A DNA stretch of 64,000 nt. Origin: an uncultured delta proteobacterium (GTDB taxonomy: Bacteria > Myxococcota_A > Polyangia > Fen-1088). Below, in pieces: positions 44,644 through 54,562 of this stretch. The notes under the pieces are model-generated. The model was not told where the DNA came from. It ran no database searches and was given only the letters and a program-made list of their open reading frames with translations. Within the stretch, counting starts at the first letter, position 1; each line of letters starts with the position of its first letter. Where the stretch lies: positions 512,001-576,000 of the forward strand of contig CAWCMR010000008.1 in NCBI GenBank assembly GCA_963796685.1. Direction: 5' to 3'. A program made the position numbers and the translations under genes.

Positions 44644-45933
44644 CTACAATGGCGTGGAGCGGGTGGGCTCGCGGCCCGTGATCAGGCGCGCGCCACGGCG
44701 GTAGGTCAGGTAGGACCAGGCCCAATTGATGATGACGATGGTGCGATTGCGGAAATCGACCAAGTAGTAGATGTGAACGAGCAGCCAGGTGAGCCAGGCG
44801 ACAAAACCGCTCAACCGGACGCTGCCGAGCTCGGCCACCGCGCGGCTGCGTCCGATGGTTGCCATCGAGCCCTTGTCGCGATAGCCAAAGGTCTCGGCCG
44901 GGTGTCCATCGATGCGCCGACCAATCTGGCGGGCCACGAAGCGTCCCTGTTGCATGGCCACCGCGCTCACGCCCGGAAGTGGGGGCTTGCCGACCGCCGG
45001 AACGAACGCGGCGGCGTCGCCGATGCAGAAGATCTCGGGATGCCCCGCCAGGGAACAGTCCGGTTCGACCAGCGCCCGGCCCGCGCGGTCCACGGGCGCG
45101 GGCAAATCCTTGGGCAAGGGAGCGGCGGCCACGCCGGCGGCCCACAACACGGTCCCGGCCAAGATGCGTTCGTCGCCGAGCAGGATGCCTTCCCCGTCGA
45201 TCCGGGTGACCGGGGCGCCCGTGCGCACCTCGACGCCCATGTCGGCCAGGCTGTGCAAGGCGCGGTCGGAAAGCTGGGGCGCGAAGGTGTTCAAGATGCG
45301 CGGTCCGGCTTCGAGCAAAACGACGCGCGTGCTCTCGGGATTGATGGCGCGAAAATCGCGAGCCAGCACGTAGCTCGCCAGCTCTGCAATGGCTCCGGCC
45401 AGCTCGACCCCGGTGGGGCCGCCGCCGATGACCACGAAGGTCAGGTGACGGCGCCGCGCTTCGGGATCGGGCTCACGCTCGGCGGCCTCGAAGGCCAACA
45501 GAACACGCCGGCGGATCTCCACGGCATCCTCGATGTCCTTCAAGCCGGGCGCGACCTTGCGCCAATCCTCGTGGCCGAAGTAGCTGGTAAGCGCTCCCGT
45601 GGCCACGACGAGATAGTCGTACGCGAGGGGCGGCGCCTCGCGCAGGAGCACCTGGTGGGCGGCAAGATCGATGCGCGTCGCCTCCGCGAGCAGGACGCGC
45701 GCATTCTTCTGCCTGCGCAGTACACTGCGGATGGGGACGGCGATCTCGGCCGGCGACAGCCCGGCCATGGCCACCTGGTAAAGCAGCGGCTGAAACAGAT
45801 GGTGGTTCCGTCGATCGACCAGCGTGACGTGCACGGCCTCGCGCGCCAGCGCGCGGGTCGCCGCCAGGCCGGCAAAGCCGCCTCCGATGACCACGACTTG
45901 CTTGCGGAGCTTGATAGCCACGTCAGAAAACAT
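44644..45933 (-). CDS. ndh: Type II NADH dehydrogenase (NAD(P)/FAD-dependent oxidoreductase)
   Basis: VVIGGGFAG, HLFQPLLYQVA, VIGGGPTGVELAG, WAAGV, IGD, YRDKGSMATIGR. Confidence 0.92.
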   Translation of the reverse strand: MFSDVAIKLRKQVVVIGGGFAGLAATRALAREAVHVTLVDRRNHHLFQPLLYQVAMAGLSPAEIAVPIRSVLRRQKNARVLLAEATRIDLAAHQVLLREAPPLAYDYLVVATGALTSYFGHEDWRKVAPGLKDIEDAVEIRRRVLLAFEAAEREPDPEARRRHLTFVVIGGGPTGVELAGAIAELASYVLARDFRAINPESTRVVLLEAGPRILNTFAPQLSDRALHSLADMGVEVRTGAPVTRIDGEGILLGDERILAGTVLWAAGVAAAPLPKDLPAPVDRAGRALVEPDCSLAGHPEIFCIGDAAAFVPAVGKPPLPGVSAVAMQQGRFVARQIGRRIDGHPAETFGYRDKGSMATIGRSRAVAELGSVRLSGFVAWLTWLLVHIYYLVDFRNRTIVIINWAWSYLTYRRGARLITGREPTRSTPL

Positions 45934-46033
45934 GACACTTCGTCGGGGCCTCTGCACCGGCGATAATGCGGGGGCCCGAGCGCCCGCCACGCCTTCCGCT
46001 CCGCCCGCGCAGGCGAGGTGTTTTCAGGTCGAC

Positions 46034-46072
46034 GGCCATGCCACCCATTCCTGGCTTCCTGGCTTCCTTAGA
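46034..46072. repeat. Single arm of the CCAGGAAG-type repeat element
   Basis: ggccatgccacccattcctggcttcctggcttccttaga matches 50380-50418 at 37/39 positions. Confidence 0.85.
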
Positions 46073-46140
46073 GGCCTCCTCTTCTGGCAAGCACCCTACG
46101 AAAATTGGCGCCTTTTGCGCAAGCAGGTGAAGGTGAGCAC

Positions 46141-47358
46141 ATGGGGACGTTCCTCGGCGCATTCCGCAGCAAGCGGGTCTTCATCATGATCGGCATGGGG
46201 TTCGCGTCCGGGCTGCCGCTGGCCATGTCCGGTTCGACCCTGGGCACGTGGATGGCCAAGGCCGGTGTCAACCTCAAGACCATCGGTCTCTTCGCGCTGG
46301 TCAGCCTGCCCTATTCGTTCAAGTTCCTGTGGGCGCCGCTGCTCGACCGGTTCAGCCTGCCCCTGCTCGGCCGGCGTCGCGGCTGGATTGCGCTGACCCA
46401 GCTCGGGCTCGCGCTTGGGGTTTGGGCCACCAGCACCGTGGATCCGCGGTCGGCGCCGGTGGCCATGGCGACGACGGCCCTGGCGGTCGCGCTCCTCTCG
46501 GCCAGCCAGGACATCGTCAGCGACGCCTACCGCACCGATGTCCTGCCGCCCGAAGAGCGCGCCTCGGGCACGTCGACCTTCGTGCTCGGCTACCGCATCG
46601 CCATGCTCGTCTCGGGCGCCGGCGCGTTGGCCCTATCCGATTACCTGACCTGGCCGACGGTGTACAAGATCATGGCCCTCTTGATGCTGCCCATGATCGC
46701 CATCACCTGGCTCGCGCCCGAGCCCGAGGCCGTTCGACCGCCGCGCACCGTGGCCGATGCATTCACCAAGCCGTTTCTCGATTTCTTTGCCCGCAAGGAC
46801 GCGCTGGTAGGGATCGGGTTCATCATGTTGTACAAGCTCGGCGATTACGTGGCGTCCGGCATGATTCAGCCGTTTCTCATCAAGACGGGGTTCTCCGGCA
46901 CCGAGATCGCGGCCTGGTACAAGCTGGTCGGCTTCACCGCCATGACCGTCGGGGTTCTGCTCGGCGGCGGCATGGTGACCAAGCTCGGGGTGCGCAAGGC
47001 GCTCCTGCTTTTCGGCATCCTCGCCTCGGTCACCAACAGCGGCTATCTCGCCTTGTCGCTGGTGGGGAAGAACCACGCTCTCCTGGCCGGAGCCATCGGC
47101 ATCCACAACCTGTGCAGCGGTATGGCCGAGACCGCGTTCATGGCTTTCCTGATGTCGCTTTGTAACAAGTCGTTCTCGGCCACCCAGTTCGCCCTGCTGT
47201 CGAGCGCGTCCACCGTGGTGGGGCGCACACTCGGCGCGGGCTCGGGCTATCTCATCGCCGCGGCGGGTTGGCCCGCCTTCTTCGCCACCACCATGGCCAT
47301 GGCCGCGCCGGCCCTGGTGATGCTGAGGTTCCTGCCCAAGGAAGAGCCCAGTCCCTGA
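46141..47358 (+). CDS. ampG: AmpG family muropeptide MFS transporter
   Basis: GFASGLP, KFLWAPLLD, GRRRGW, SASQDIVSDAYR, GYRIAML, LYKLGD, ATQFALLSS. Confidence 0.93.
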   Translation: MGTFLGAFRSKRVFIMIGMGFASGLPLAMSGSTLGTWMAKAGVNLKTIGLFALVSLPYSFKFLWAPLLDRFSLPLLGRRRGWIALTQLGLALGVWATSTVDPRSAPVAMATTALAVALLSASQDIVSDAYRTDVLPPEERASGTSTFVLGYRIAMLVSGAGALALSDYLTWPTVYKIMALLMLPMIAITWLAPEPEAVRPPRTVADAFTKPFLDFFARKDALVGIGFIMLYKLGDYVASGMIQPFLIKTGFSGTEIAAWYKLVGFTAMTVGVLLGGGMVTKLGVRKALLLFGILASVTNSGYLALSLVGKNHALLAGAIGIHNLCSGMAETAFMAFLMSLCNKSFSATQFALLSSASTVVGRTLGAGSGYLIAAAGWPAFFATTMAMAAPALVMLRFLPKEEPSP

Positions 47359-47573
47359 CGACCAGAGGCCACCCGATGGGCCGGCAACCCTTGCATGCAT
47401 CGGTGGCAAATGCGGTTTCGCTTGTTCGCCCGCCACCCTACGCCGCCTGGCGACTTTCGCCCGTGAAGGCTCTTTTGGGCTTTGGAGATGCCACGACCAG
47501 AGTTAGAAACTGCGCTGGCTCGACCGCTATCCTCGAGTAGGCCGAAGCACAGCTCAGAAAGGATTGAGATAAC

Positions 47574-49055
47574 ATGGTGTCGACGGTAGTTCTGAATGCC
47601 TCTTCCAGGCCGTCTTTGACTGGCCTCGTTCTCCTCGCAAGCATTGTCGGGTGTGGCGGCCTCGGGGGCCGGGATGCGTCCACCGTGGACGCCCCGATTG
47701 CCCCGGTCTGGTCGCCCGACATCACGTTCAGCAGTTGTGACGATTTCGCGACCATCCCCATCGGTTCCTACGTCGTGCAGTCGAACTATTGGAACAAGGC
47801 CGTCTGCCCGGGTACCCAGTGCATCGAGATCAACACCGTCAACGGCGATTTCGCGGTGAATCCCGGTCCGCCAGGCTGTGGCAACAACGTGGCCTCGTTC
47901 CCCAACGTGCTCTACGGGTGCGCGTACGGGAACTGCAGCCCGGGGACGATGCTGCCGTTGCCGGTCACCGCGCTCTCGCAGGCCAGCAGCACCTGGAGCT
48001 TCGCCGCGGCAGAGGGCGCAAGCGATGCCTGGAACGTGGGTTACGACATCTGGTTTTGCCCGGACAACAACTGCGGATCCAGCGGATTCCCCCACGGGCT
48101 GGAGCTGATGATCTGGCTCGACTACAAGAACGCCCACGGCTACAAGGACCACCTCGGCGCCGTGAATATTGACGGCTACAGCTGGGACGTCTGGGCGGCC
48201 TCCATGGCCGCCGGCGGAGCGCTCGATAGCTGGAACTACATGGATTACATCGTCAAGGGCCAGATGGTGACGTCCGTGACCGACCTCGACCTGATGCCCT
48301 TCATCAAGGATGCGATCGCCAGGCACTATGCCGAGGATTCCTGGTACCTGTACGCGATCCAAGCAGGCATGGAGGTGCGGTCCGGAGGCATGCCCTTCGT
48401 CAGCAACACCTTCTTGGTCTCCATCAACGGCGTCAGGCCGACGCACGCGCCGCTGCCGTCCACGGGTCCATCGTGCGATGGTGGCATTGCCACCGCGGAG
48501 GGCCTGCTCGCGGTCAATGACGACTACGTCACCGTGGGCCCGCTGCACGGGTACGCCGACGCCTGGGCTACCCCGGGCCCCACCTCGGCCGCCAGCGTGA
48601 TCGCCTGCGGCACGCCCGCGCTGGGGCCGACAGCCCTGTGCACGACTGGGGGCATTTCGGCGGATACGACCTACAATTCAACCGCCGGACTTGGCTTCTA
48701 CCTCAACCAAGATGTGGGCGCCCGCATTTTTCCAGGCGTTGACGCGGCAACGGTCCCGGTCGGGACCATCACCATCCCCAACAGCCTCTCGGTCTCCATC
48801 ACGAAATCCGGCACGTTCAACGGGAACAACTCCCTGCGAGCGCAATTGGTCGACCAGGACGGCAATCGTTTCTGCTACGGCGGACCCCTGAACGTGCCGA
48901 TTCCCATCACCGACTTCAACACCATGTGCTGGAACAACACGGGCGCCTTCGCAACACCCACCACGCCCTTCCAGAGGCTCGAAATCATGGTGCCGAGCAG
49001 CGCGGTGTCGGAGGAGGACTTCTCCTACTGCCTCACCGGCGTCACCGTGCAATAG
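47574..49055 (+). CDS. Glycoside hydrolase family 12 lipoprotein with additional C-terminal domain
   Basis: Lipobox IVGC, QSNYW, WNVGYDIW, ELMIWL (nucleophile), IQAGME (acid/base). Confidence 0.85.
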   Translation: MVSTVVLNASSRPSLTGLVLLASIVGCGGLGGRDASTVDAPIAPVWSPDITFSSCDDFATIPIGSYVVQSNYWNKAVCPGTQCIEINTVNGDFAVNPGPPGCGNNVASFPNVLYGCAYGNCSPGTMLPLPVTALSQASSTWSFAAAEGASDAWNVGYDIWFCPDNNCGSSGFPHGLELMIWLDYKNAHGYKDHLGAVNIDGYSWDVWAASMAAGGALDSWNYMDYIVKGQMVTSVTDLDLMPFIKDAIARHYAEDSWYLYAIQAGMEVRSGGMPFVSNTFLVSINGVRPTHAPLPSTGPSCDGGIATAEGLLAVNDDYVTVGPLHGYADAWATPGPTSAASVIACGTPALGPTALCTTGGISADTTYNSTAGLGFYLNQDVGARIFPGVDAATVPVGTITIPNSLSVSITKSGTFNGNNSLRAQLVDQDGNRFCYGGPLNVPIPITDFNTMCWNNTGAFATPTTPFQRLEIMVPSSAVSEEDFSYCLTGVTVQ

Positions 49056-49087
49056 CGCGGGAGGCGTTCGACCGTCCGGCGGGGGGC

Positions 49088-50125
49088 CTATCCACGCATG
49101 AACATGCGCGGCGGGACCGGCTGTCGGTAGGCGCCGCGCAGCTTGAACTTGCGTTCCAGATCGGCGATGGCGGCGTCCGCCAGGTCGACGCCGTAGAGCT
49201 CGTGCATGTTGTGCAGACCCCCCGGCGCGAAGACGTTGATCTCGAGGATCTTGCCTCCCGCGATGTCCAGCCCGACGAAGTAGAGCCCGTCGGCAATGAG
49301 GCGGGGACGGAGGGTTTCGCACAGCTCGCGCTCGGCCTGGCTCAGCCGGCAAGCGCGGCGCGAGGCGCCCAGGTGCATGTTGTTGCGGCGGTCGTCGCTG
49401 GCGTGCACGCGGCGGTACACGGCCACACGGCCGCCCACCTCGAGAGGAACGCCGGCCATCAACAGCACGCGTTTGTCCCCGCGGCTTGCCGCCGTCACAT
49501 ACTCTTGCACGATGAGATAACCGCTGTCGCGCACGGTGGAAATGATCTGCGACAGGTTGGCTCTTTCGCCGTGGCCGACGAAAAAGACATTGCGTCCGCC
49601 GTATCCGAAGAGCGGTTTGATGACCGCGGCGCCGTCGAGCTCGCGCAGGAAAGCCCGCACCCGGTTCGCCGAGCAGGTGATGAGCGTCCTCGGCCGGATG
49701 GTGGCTGGAAAGCCGGCGAGGTACATTTTTGACCCCGCTCGGCGCAGGCCGTCGGGATCGTTCAGCACCATCACGCCGGCTTCCTTGAGCCGCCGCCCGA
49801 GCTCGATGGCTGGATTGACGCGTATCGTGTGACCATCGCCCACATGGGGGTTGTTGCGCAGAAGCACGACATCGAACCCGGACAGAGGCACCTCCTCGCG
49901 TCGTGATTCGGGCGATCGCAACGAGGCGAGCATGGACGTGGGATCGACCTGCGAGCCCGGCGCCGGGGTGACCACGCGCCCGGTAACCTCACGCTCATGC
50001 GCGAAGTCGTCGACGGAAATGAAGGCTACCTCGTGACCACGCCTCTGTGCCGCCGCGGCCAGGTAGGCGGTCGTGTAGGTCGGGCGAAGGCTTCTTGGGT
50101 TGTTGACGACGAAAAGGACGCGCAT
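49088..50125 (-). CDS. Glutathione synthetase-like ATP-grasp ligase
   Basis: FDVVLLRNNP, VLNDPDGL, IKPLFGYGG..VF, VQEY, GDKRVLL, VGLDI...EINVFAPGG. Confidence 0.85.
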   Translation of the reverse strand: MRVLFVVNNPRSLRPTYTTAYLAAAAQRRGHEVAFISVDDFAHEREVTGRVVTPAPGSQVDPTSMLASLRSPESRREEVPLSGFDVVLLRNNPHVGDGHTIRVNPAIELGRRLKEAGVMVLNDPDGLRRAGSKMYLAGFPATIRPRTLITCSANRVRAFLRELDGAAVIKPLFGYGGRNVFFVGHGERANLSQIISTVRDSGYLIVQEYVTAASRGDKRVLLMAGVPLEVGGRVAVYRRVHASDDRRNNMHLGASRRACRLSQAERELCETLRPRLIADGLYFVGLDIAGGKILEINVFAPGGLHNMHELYGVDLADAAIADLERKFKLRGAYRQPVPPRMFMRG

Positions 50126-50261
50126 GGGCTGCGGGGTGGACCCGCCTCGGGCGAGTCTCCCAGCCCGAGATTGGTCCGACCGACGCGAATGCGCAATACC
50201 TCGGACAGCGCTTCCTCGGGGGTGCAGGCCACGCAACCTCCAGGACCCGTGACCGATGACG

Positions 50262-50418
50262 TCTAAGGAAGCCAGGAAAGCAGGAAGAAAGAGGACAAGC
50301 AGGGCTCCCAAGAGGACAAGCAGATGGCTGCGTCAATCGTCGCCGTGGTTCGCTCCTGCCTGCGTCATTGCCTCCCAATGGCCATACCACCCATTCCTGG
50401 CTTCCTGGATTCCTTAGA
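50262..50418. repeat. 157-bp MITE/REPIN-like palindromic element with 9-bp-period arms
   Basis: tctaaggaagccaggaaagcaggaa ... ttcctggcttcctggattccttaga (22/25 inverted match); internal direct repeat aagaggacaagcag x2. Confidence 0.85.
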
Positions 50419-50498
50419 TCCCCCCTGCTCTGTCGAGCACCCCTTCCTCGTCAACGCATAGCCGCCCTTTCCCAGGCCTGGTAATCTGAACGCACGTC

Positions 50499-51308
50499 AT
50501 GGCCGGTTCCAAGACCAGATTCGGTTTCCTCGGAAACGGGGACGAGCCCCCGGACTCGGGCGACCCCAAGGCCGCGCGTACAATCATCGGGCACGACATC
50601 CATTTGCCCAAGCTACCGTCCGGATTCGAGCAACCGAGCCCTCACCTTCCGCCAACCCCGCTCGCGCCAGCGAGAATTGCCTACCCCCGCTCTCGGCCGG
50701 CAGCGGTTCTGGCGCCTATGACCGAAGTCATCACGGAATCGGTTGCGGTGAGAAGGCACTACAAGCCGCAGCAGAGCCGGTTGGCGCGTTTCCTCGGCCG
50801 CTGGACCCGAAGCGGACATTTCCAGTCGCGCAGTCGCATGGGTGACAGCCAGGCCGACTCGGGCGACGACGGTTTGGATGTTCCGCACGACACTGCCGGC
50901 CGGAATGTTCTGCTGGTTCTGGTGATCGCGGCCCTGACCTTCCTCATCACCTTCGCCATCGTGAAGGCACGCCAGCGCTACGCAGCGGTGCCTTCGGTCC
51001 CCGGAACGCAAGTCGCGGAGCCCCCCACCGTGTCGCAGTCCCCGAGGCCTGTGGTCCCGGCCTCGGTCGCGCCTGCAGTAGCCCTGCCTCCGGCGCCCAC
51101 GGCCCCCGAGAAGCCGATGTTGCTCGGGACGCCGACGTCCAGGGCTGTTGCTCCGCCCGCCGGCCGCCCGCAAGCGCAGCCGGCGCCACATGCCACCGCA
51201 CGGACTGCTACCAAGCCGGTCCCGCGCAAAGCTGTCGCGCGCCCGGACTCGACCACCTTCGAGCTGCCCGACCACCTCAAGGGTGAGCTGCTTCCCCTGG
51301 GACATTAG
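50499..51308 (+). CDS. Hypothetical single-pass membrane protein with Pro-rich tail
   Basis: One TM helix (VLLVLVIAALTFLITFAIV), Pro/Ala-rich C-terminus. Confidence 0.65.
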   Translation: MAGSKTRFGFLGNGDEPPDSGDPKAARTIIGHDIHLPKLPSGFEQPSPHLPPTPLAPARIAYPRSRPAAVLAPMTEVITESVAVRRHYKPQQSRLARFLGRWTRSGHFQSRSRMGDSQADSGDDGLDVPHDTAGRNVLLVLVIAALTFLITFAIVKARQRYAAVPSVPGTQVAEPPTVSQSPRPVVPASVAPAVALPPAPTAPEKPMLLGTPTSRAVAPPAGRPQAQPAPHATARTATKPVPRKAVARPDSTTFELPDHLKGELLPLGH

Positions 51309-51320
51309 CAAGGAGCAACC

Positions 51321-51590
51321 ATGAAAGCCGTCGTCTTCTACGAACCCGGGAGCGCCTCCATGGAATCCATCATGGCCGTTTATCCCCGCCACAAGGTGTT
51401 GGTGGATGCCTACGCCGCGCGTGGCGAAGCCCTGGCCATCGGCACCTTTGCCGGCGGCAAAGAAGGCTCGATGGGCGTATTCAAGAGCCGCGAAGCGGCC
51501 GAGTCCTTCGTCAAGGAAGACCCCTTCGTGCTCGAAGGTCTGGTGGGCCGATACACCATCAAGGACTGGAACGAAATCCTCTTGGGATAG
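51321..51590 (+). CDS. YciI family protein
   Basis: AAGGAG RBS, PRH, GSMGVF, AESFVKEDPFV, terminal W. Confidence 0.88.
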   Translation: MKAVVFYEPGSASMESIMAVYPRHKVLVDAYAARGEALAIGTFAGGKEGSMGVFKSREAAESFVKEDPFVLEGLVGRYTIKDWNEILLG

Positions 51591-51679
51591 AGTCCGTCGG
51601 CTGACCGGTCCGCGATCCCAATCCGGACGGATTTCCTCCGCAAGTGGCCTATCCGGGTGCGTAACGGGGTTGGCGTGCT

Positions 51680-53116
51680 ATGGTTCCACGTCTCGTGACC
51701 CGAAAGACAACCGTTCTCAGCCAAGCCGCTCTGTGGCTCGCGCTCGCAGCCAGCCCCTCCATGGCGCAGATGCCACCGCCGGACCACAGCGCCACCAGCG
51801 CGCCGCTCTTCGTCGAGGATCTGCCGGTGGGCACGGTCTCGGTACGCATCTCCCGCCCGTCCATGACCGATTCCATCGCCAACGTGGAGGTCATGGGGTC
51901 GTGGACGACCAAGGACGGCCAGTCCAAGTCCGCCACCGTCAAGACGAGCGAAGACGGACGCGCCGTCTTCGCGGGCATCCCCGCGGGCAGCACCTTCGGG
52001 GCCAAGGCCACCGTCGAGGGCGAGAATCTCACCACCCAGCAATTCACCGTGCCCGACCAGGGCGGTACCCGTCTGCTCGTCATCGTGGGCGCCCAGGCCG
52101 CCGAAGCCATGAACGACATGACCGGCGGGGCCGCGACGGGCAAGCCCGCCCAACCGAAGCCGCTCGGCGTGCGCTCCGGGAAGGTCGAAGCTCGTGACGG
52201 CATGAAGGCCGGCACCGTGGCCATCACCGTCTTGACCGCCGAGGGCAAGCCCATCCCGGGAATCGGCGTCGACTTGGGACGCACCCAGCACGGAGGCAGC
52301 GGGGTCGACTTCGTGCATGCGGTCAGCGATGCGTCGGGCGTGGCCCACTTTGTCGACCTCAAACCAGGTGACGGCTCGGCCTACGCCGCCGTGATCGAGC
52401 GCGACGGCATCCGCGTGGGCACGCCGGCATTCATGCTCGAGGCCAAGCGCGGTGCCGTGGGCGAGATCCGCATACCGGGCAGGACCGGCGATCTGTCCGC
52501 GCTGCGCATCTCTTCCTCGTCGCGCATGATGGTCGAGCTGCGGGAAGACGCGATCGGCGTCTTGCAGAACCTCCTCGTGGAAAACACCTCGGACAAGATC
52601 TTCGATCCGGGCCCGCGCGGCCTGTACATTCCACTGCCGGACGGATTCACCGGGGCCGAAAAGCTGGCCGGCGGGGTCGACCTGGAGATCAAGGAGGGCT
52701 CGGGCGCCTATCTTCACGCCATGCTGCCGCCCGCGCAATCTCCGGGCACGATCGCCTCGGTACGCGTGGGCTATCTGCTCGCCACCCACGAAACCCCGAC
52801 GCTCGAAATCGTTCAGCCCATGCCGCTCGGGCTGGAGGGCGCGCTGGTCCTGATCCCGAGCGAGTACGCCATCAGCGTGTCCGCCCCCGGCCTGCGCGTA
52901 CGGCCTCCCGAGCGCGACGACAATGGCAACGAGCTGCGCATGTTCGAGCTGGGAGCCGTGCCGCCGGGACAGGCCCTGCACCTGACCGTGCTCGGGTTGC
53001 CCACGCGCCACCAGGCCGGCAAGTGGATCGCCGGCGCGCTGGCCGGCCTGATCGTCGCGGCTGGCTTCGTGACGGCACGCCGCCCGCGCAAGGCCCTCGG
53101 GGGCAAGGCCGGGTGA
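51680..53116 (+). CDS. Secreted membrane-anchored protein with two carboxypeptidase-regulatory-like Ig domains, upstream of ccmA
   Basis: Signal peptide, TSEDGRAVF and SDASGVAHF repeats, C-terminal TM plus basic tail. Confidence 0.75.
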   Translation: MVPRLVTRKTTVLSQAALWLALAASPSMAQMPPPDHSATSAPLFVEDLPVGTVSVRISRPSMTDSIANVEVMGSWTTKDGQSKSATVKTSEDGRAVFAGIPAGSTFGAKATVEGENLTTQQFTVPDQGGTRLLVIVGAQAAEAMNDMTGGAATGKPAQPKPLGVRSGKVEARDGMKAGTVAITVLTAEGKPIPGIGVDLGRTQHGGSGVDFVHAVSDASGVAHFVDLKPGDGSAYAAVIERDGIRVGTPAFMLEAKRGAVGEIRIPGRTGDLSALRISSSSRMMVELREDAIGVLQNLLVENTSDKIFDPGPRGLYIPLPDGFTGAEKLAGGVDLEIKEGSGAYLHAMLPPAQSPGTIASVRVGYLLATHETPTLEIVQPMPLGLEGALVLIPSEYAISVSAPGLRVRPPERDDNGNELRMFELGAVPPGQALHLTVLGLPTRHQAGKWIAGALAGLIVAAGFVTARRPRKALGGKAG

Positions 53117-53120
53117 TCCG

Positions 53121-53837
53121 ATGAGCGAACGCCACCTTCGCGTGGCGAAGGTCTGCAAGAGCTATGGCCGACAGCGTGCCCTCGTCGAGGTGTCGCTGAC
53201 CTTCGAGCCTGGGCGTGTGGCGGCCATCGTCGGTCCGAACGGCGCGGGCAAGACCACCCTGCTCGGCATCCTGTCCACGCTGTCGAGGCCCACGAGCGGC
53301 GAGATCTTTCTCGCCGACGAGCTCATCACGCGCAACCCGGCCGCGCGGCAGACGATCGGCTACGTGGGACACGAGCCCGGCGTGTACCCCGACCTCTCGG
53401 CCCGGCAGAACCTGCGCATCTTCGCCTCTCTGTATGCCGTCACCGACGCCGAGACGCGCATCACGTCCATGCTCGAGCGGGTCGATCTGGCGGACGTGCG
53501 CAGCGATCTTCCGGCGCGGGCCTATTCGCGCGGCATGCTGCAGCGCCTGGCCCTGGCGCGCGCCCTTCTGCACGGTCCCGAGATCCTGCTCTTCGACGAG
53601 CCCTCGTCGGCCCTCGATCCCGTCGGGGTGCGCTGGCTTTCGGAAGAGCTTCTGCGCGAACGCGATGCAGGGCGACTGGTCATCCTGGTCACCCACGATC
53701 TGGATGCCGCGGCCCAGGTCGCAGGCCACCTGGTGGTGATTCGGCGCGGACGTGTCGCGATCGATCGCGCCGAGCCCTCGGGATTCACGACCGCACAAGT
53801 GCGGGGCCTATACGAGGAGGCCCTGCTTGGGAAGTAG
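53121..53837 (+). CDS. ccmA: Heme exporter ABC ATPase CcmA
   Basis: GPNGAGKTT, YSRGMLQR, LLFDEP, VTH; precedes ccmB and ccmC. Confidence 0.88.
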   Translation: MSERHLRVAKVCKSYGRQRALVEVSLTFEPGRVAAIVGPNGAGKTTLLGILSTLSRPTSGEIFLADELITRNPAARQTIGYVGHEPGVYPDLSARQNLRIFASLYAVTDAETRITSMLERVDLADVRSDLPARAYSRGMLQRLALARALLHGPEILLFDEPSSALDPVGVRWLSEELLRERDAGRLVILVTHDLDAAAQVAGHLVVIRRGRVAIDRAEPSGFTTAQVRGLYEEALLGK

Positions 53838-54525
53838 CTTCTGGCGCTACACCGCGCTCATCGCGGTCAAGGATCTGCGCATCGAGGGGCGCAGCCGTGA
53901 GGTGCTCTACACCATGGGATTCTCGGCCGCCCTGGTGGTGCTGGTCTTCTCTTTCGCCCTGGCCAGTGCCACCGACCCGGCACAGGGTCCCATCACCGCG
54001 GCTGGCGTGCTGTGGGCCGCGACGCTTTTCACCGGCACCGTGGCCCTGGCGCGCGTGCTCGACCGCGAGCGCGAAAACGAATCCATCCGATCCCTGCTGC
54101 TCTCCCCCGCGCCACGCGCGGCGATCTATGCCGGCAAGCTCATCGCGACCTCGGTGCTCATGTTGGCGGTCGAGGCTCTGCTGACCGTGCTCGTCGGCGT
54201 GCTCTTTTCGGCCGGGGTCTTCACCCATCTTGGCTGGCTCAGCCTGGTGCTCCTGCTCGGCACCCTGGGATTCGCCTCCACGGGCGTGGTATTTTCGGCC
54301 GCGCTTCTGCGCTCGCGCAGCCGGGAAGCCCTGCTCGGCGCCCTGCTCTTCCCCATCGTGATCCCGGTGCTGCTTGCCGCCAGTCGCGCCACGGCGTGCC
54401 TTTTCGACCCTCTTTCTCCGGATCTCGAGCCCGTGGCCTTTTGGACGCGTTTCCTTTTGGCCACCGACGTCATCTATATATCGCTGGGCCTGTGGGTCTT
54501 CGAGCCCGTGGTCAGCGGCGAGTGA
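53827..54525 (+). CDS. ccmB: Heme exporter permease CcmB
   Basis: KDLRIEGRSRE, GVLWAA, RERENE...LLLSP, LLFPIVIPVL. Confidence 0.9.
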   Translation: MGSSFWRYTALIAVKDLRIEGRSREVLYTMGFSAALVVLVFSFALASATDPAQGPITAAGVLWAATLFTGTVALARVLDRERENESIRSLLLSPAPRAAIYAGKLIATSVLMLAVEALLTVLVGVLFSAGVFTHLGWLSLVLLLGTLGFASTGVVFSAALLRSRSREALLGALLFPIVIPVLLAASRATACLFDPLSPDLEPVAFWTRFLLATDVIYISLGLWVFEPVVSGE

Positions 54526-54562
54526 ACCAACCAAGAACTGCGATATCATTCCCCATTCCACC

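Noticed and set aside
47410-47445. GTAG-type REP sequence on the minus strand (cgtagggtggcgggcgaacaagcg)
   Set aside because: Single copy and no convincing palindrome after the GTAG
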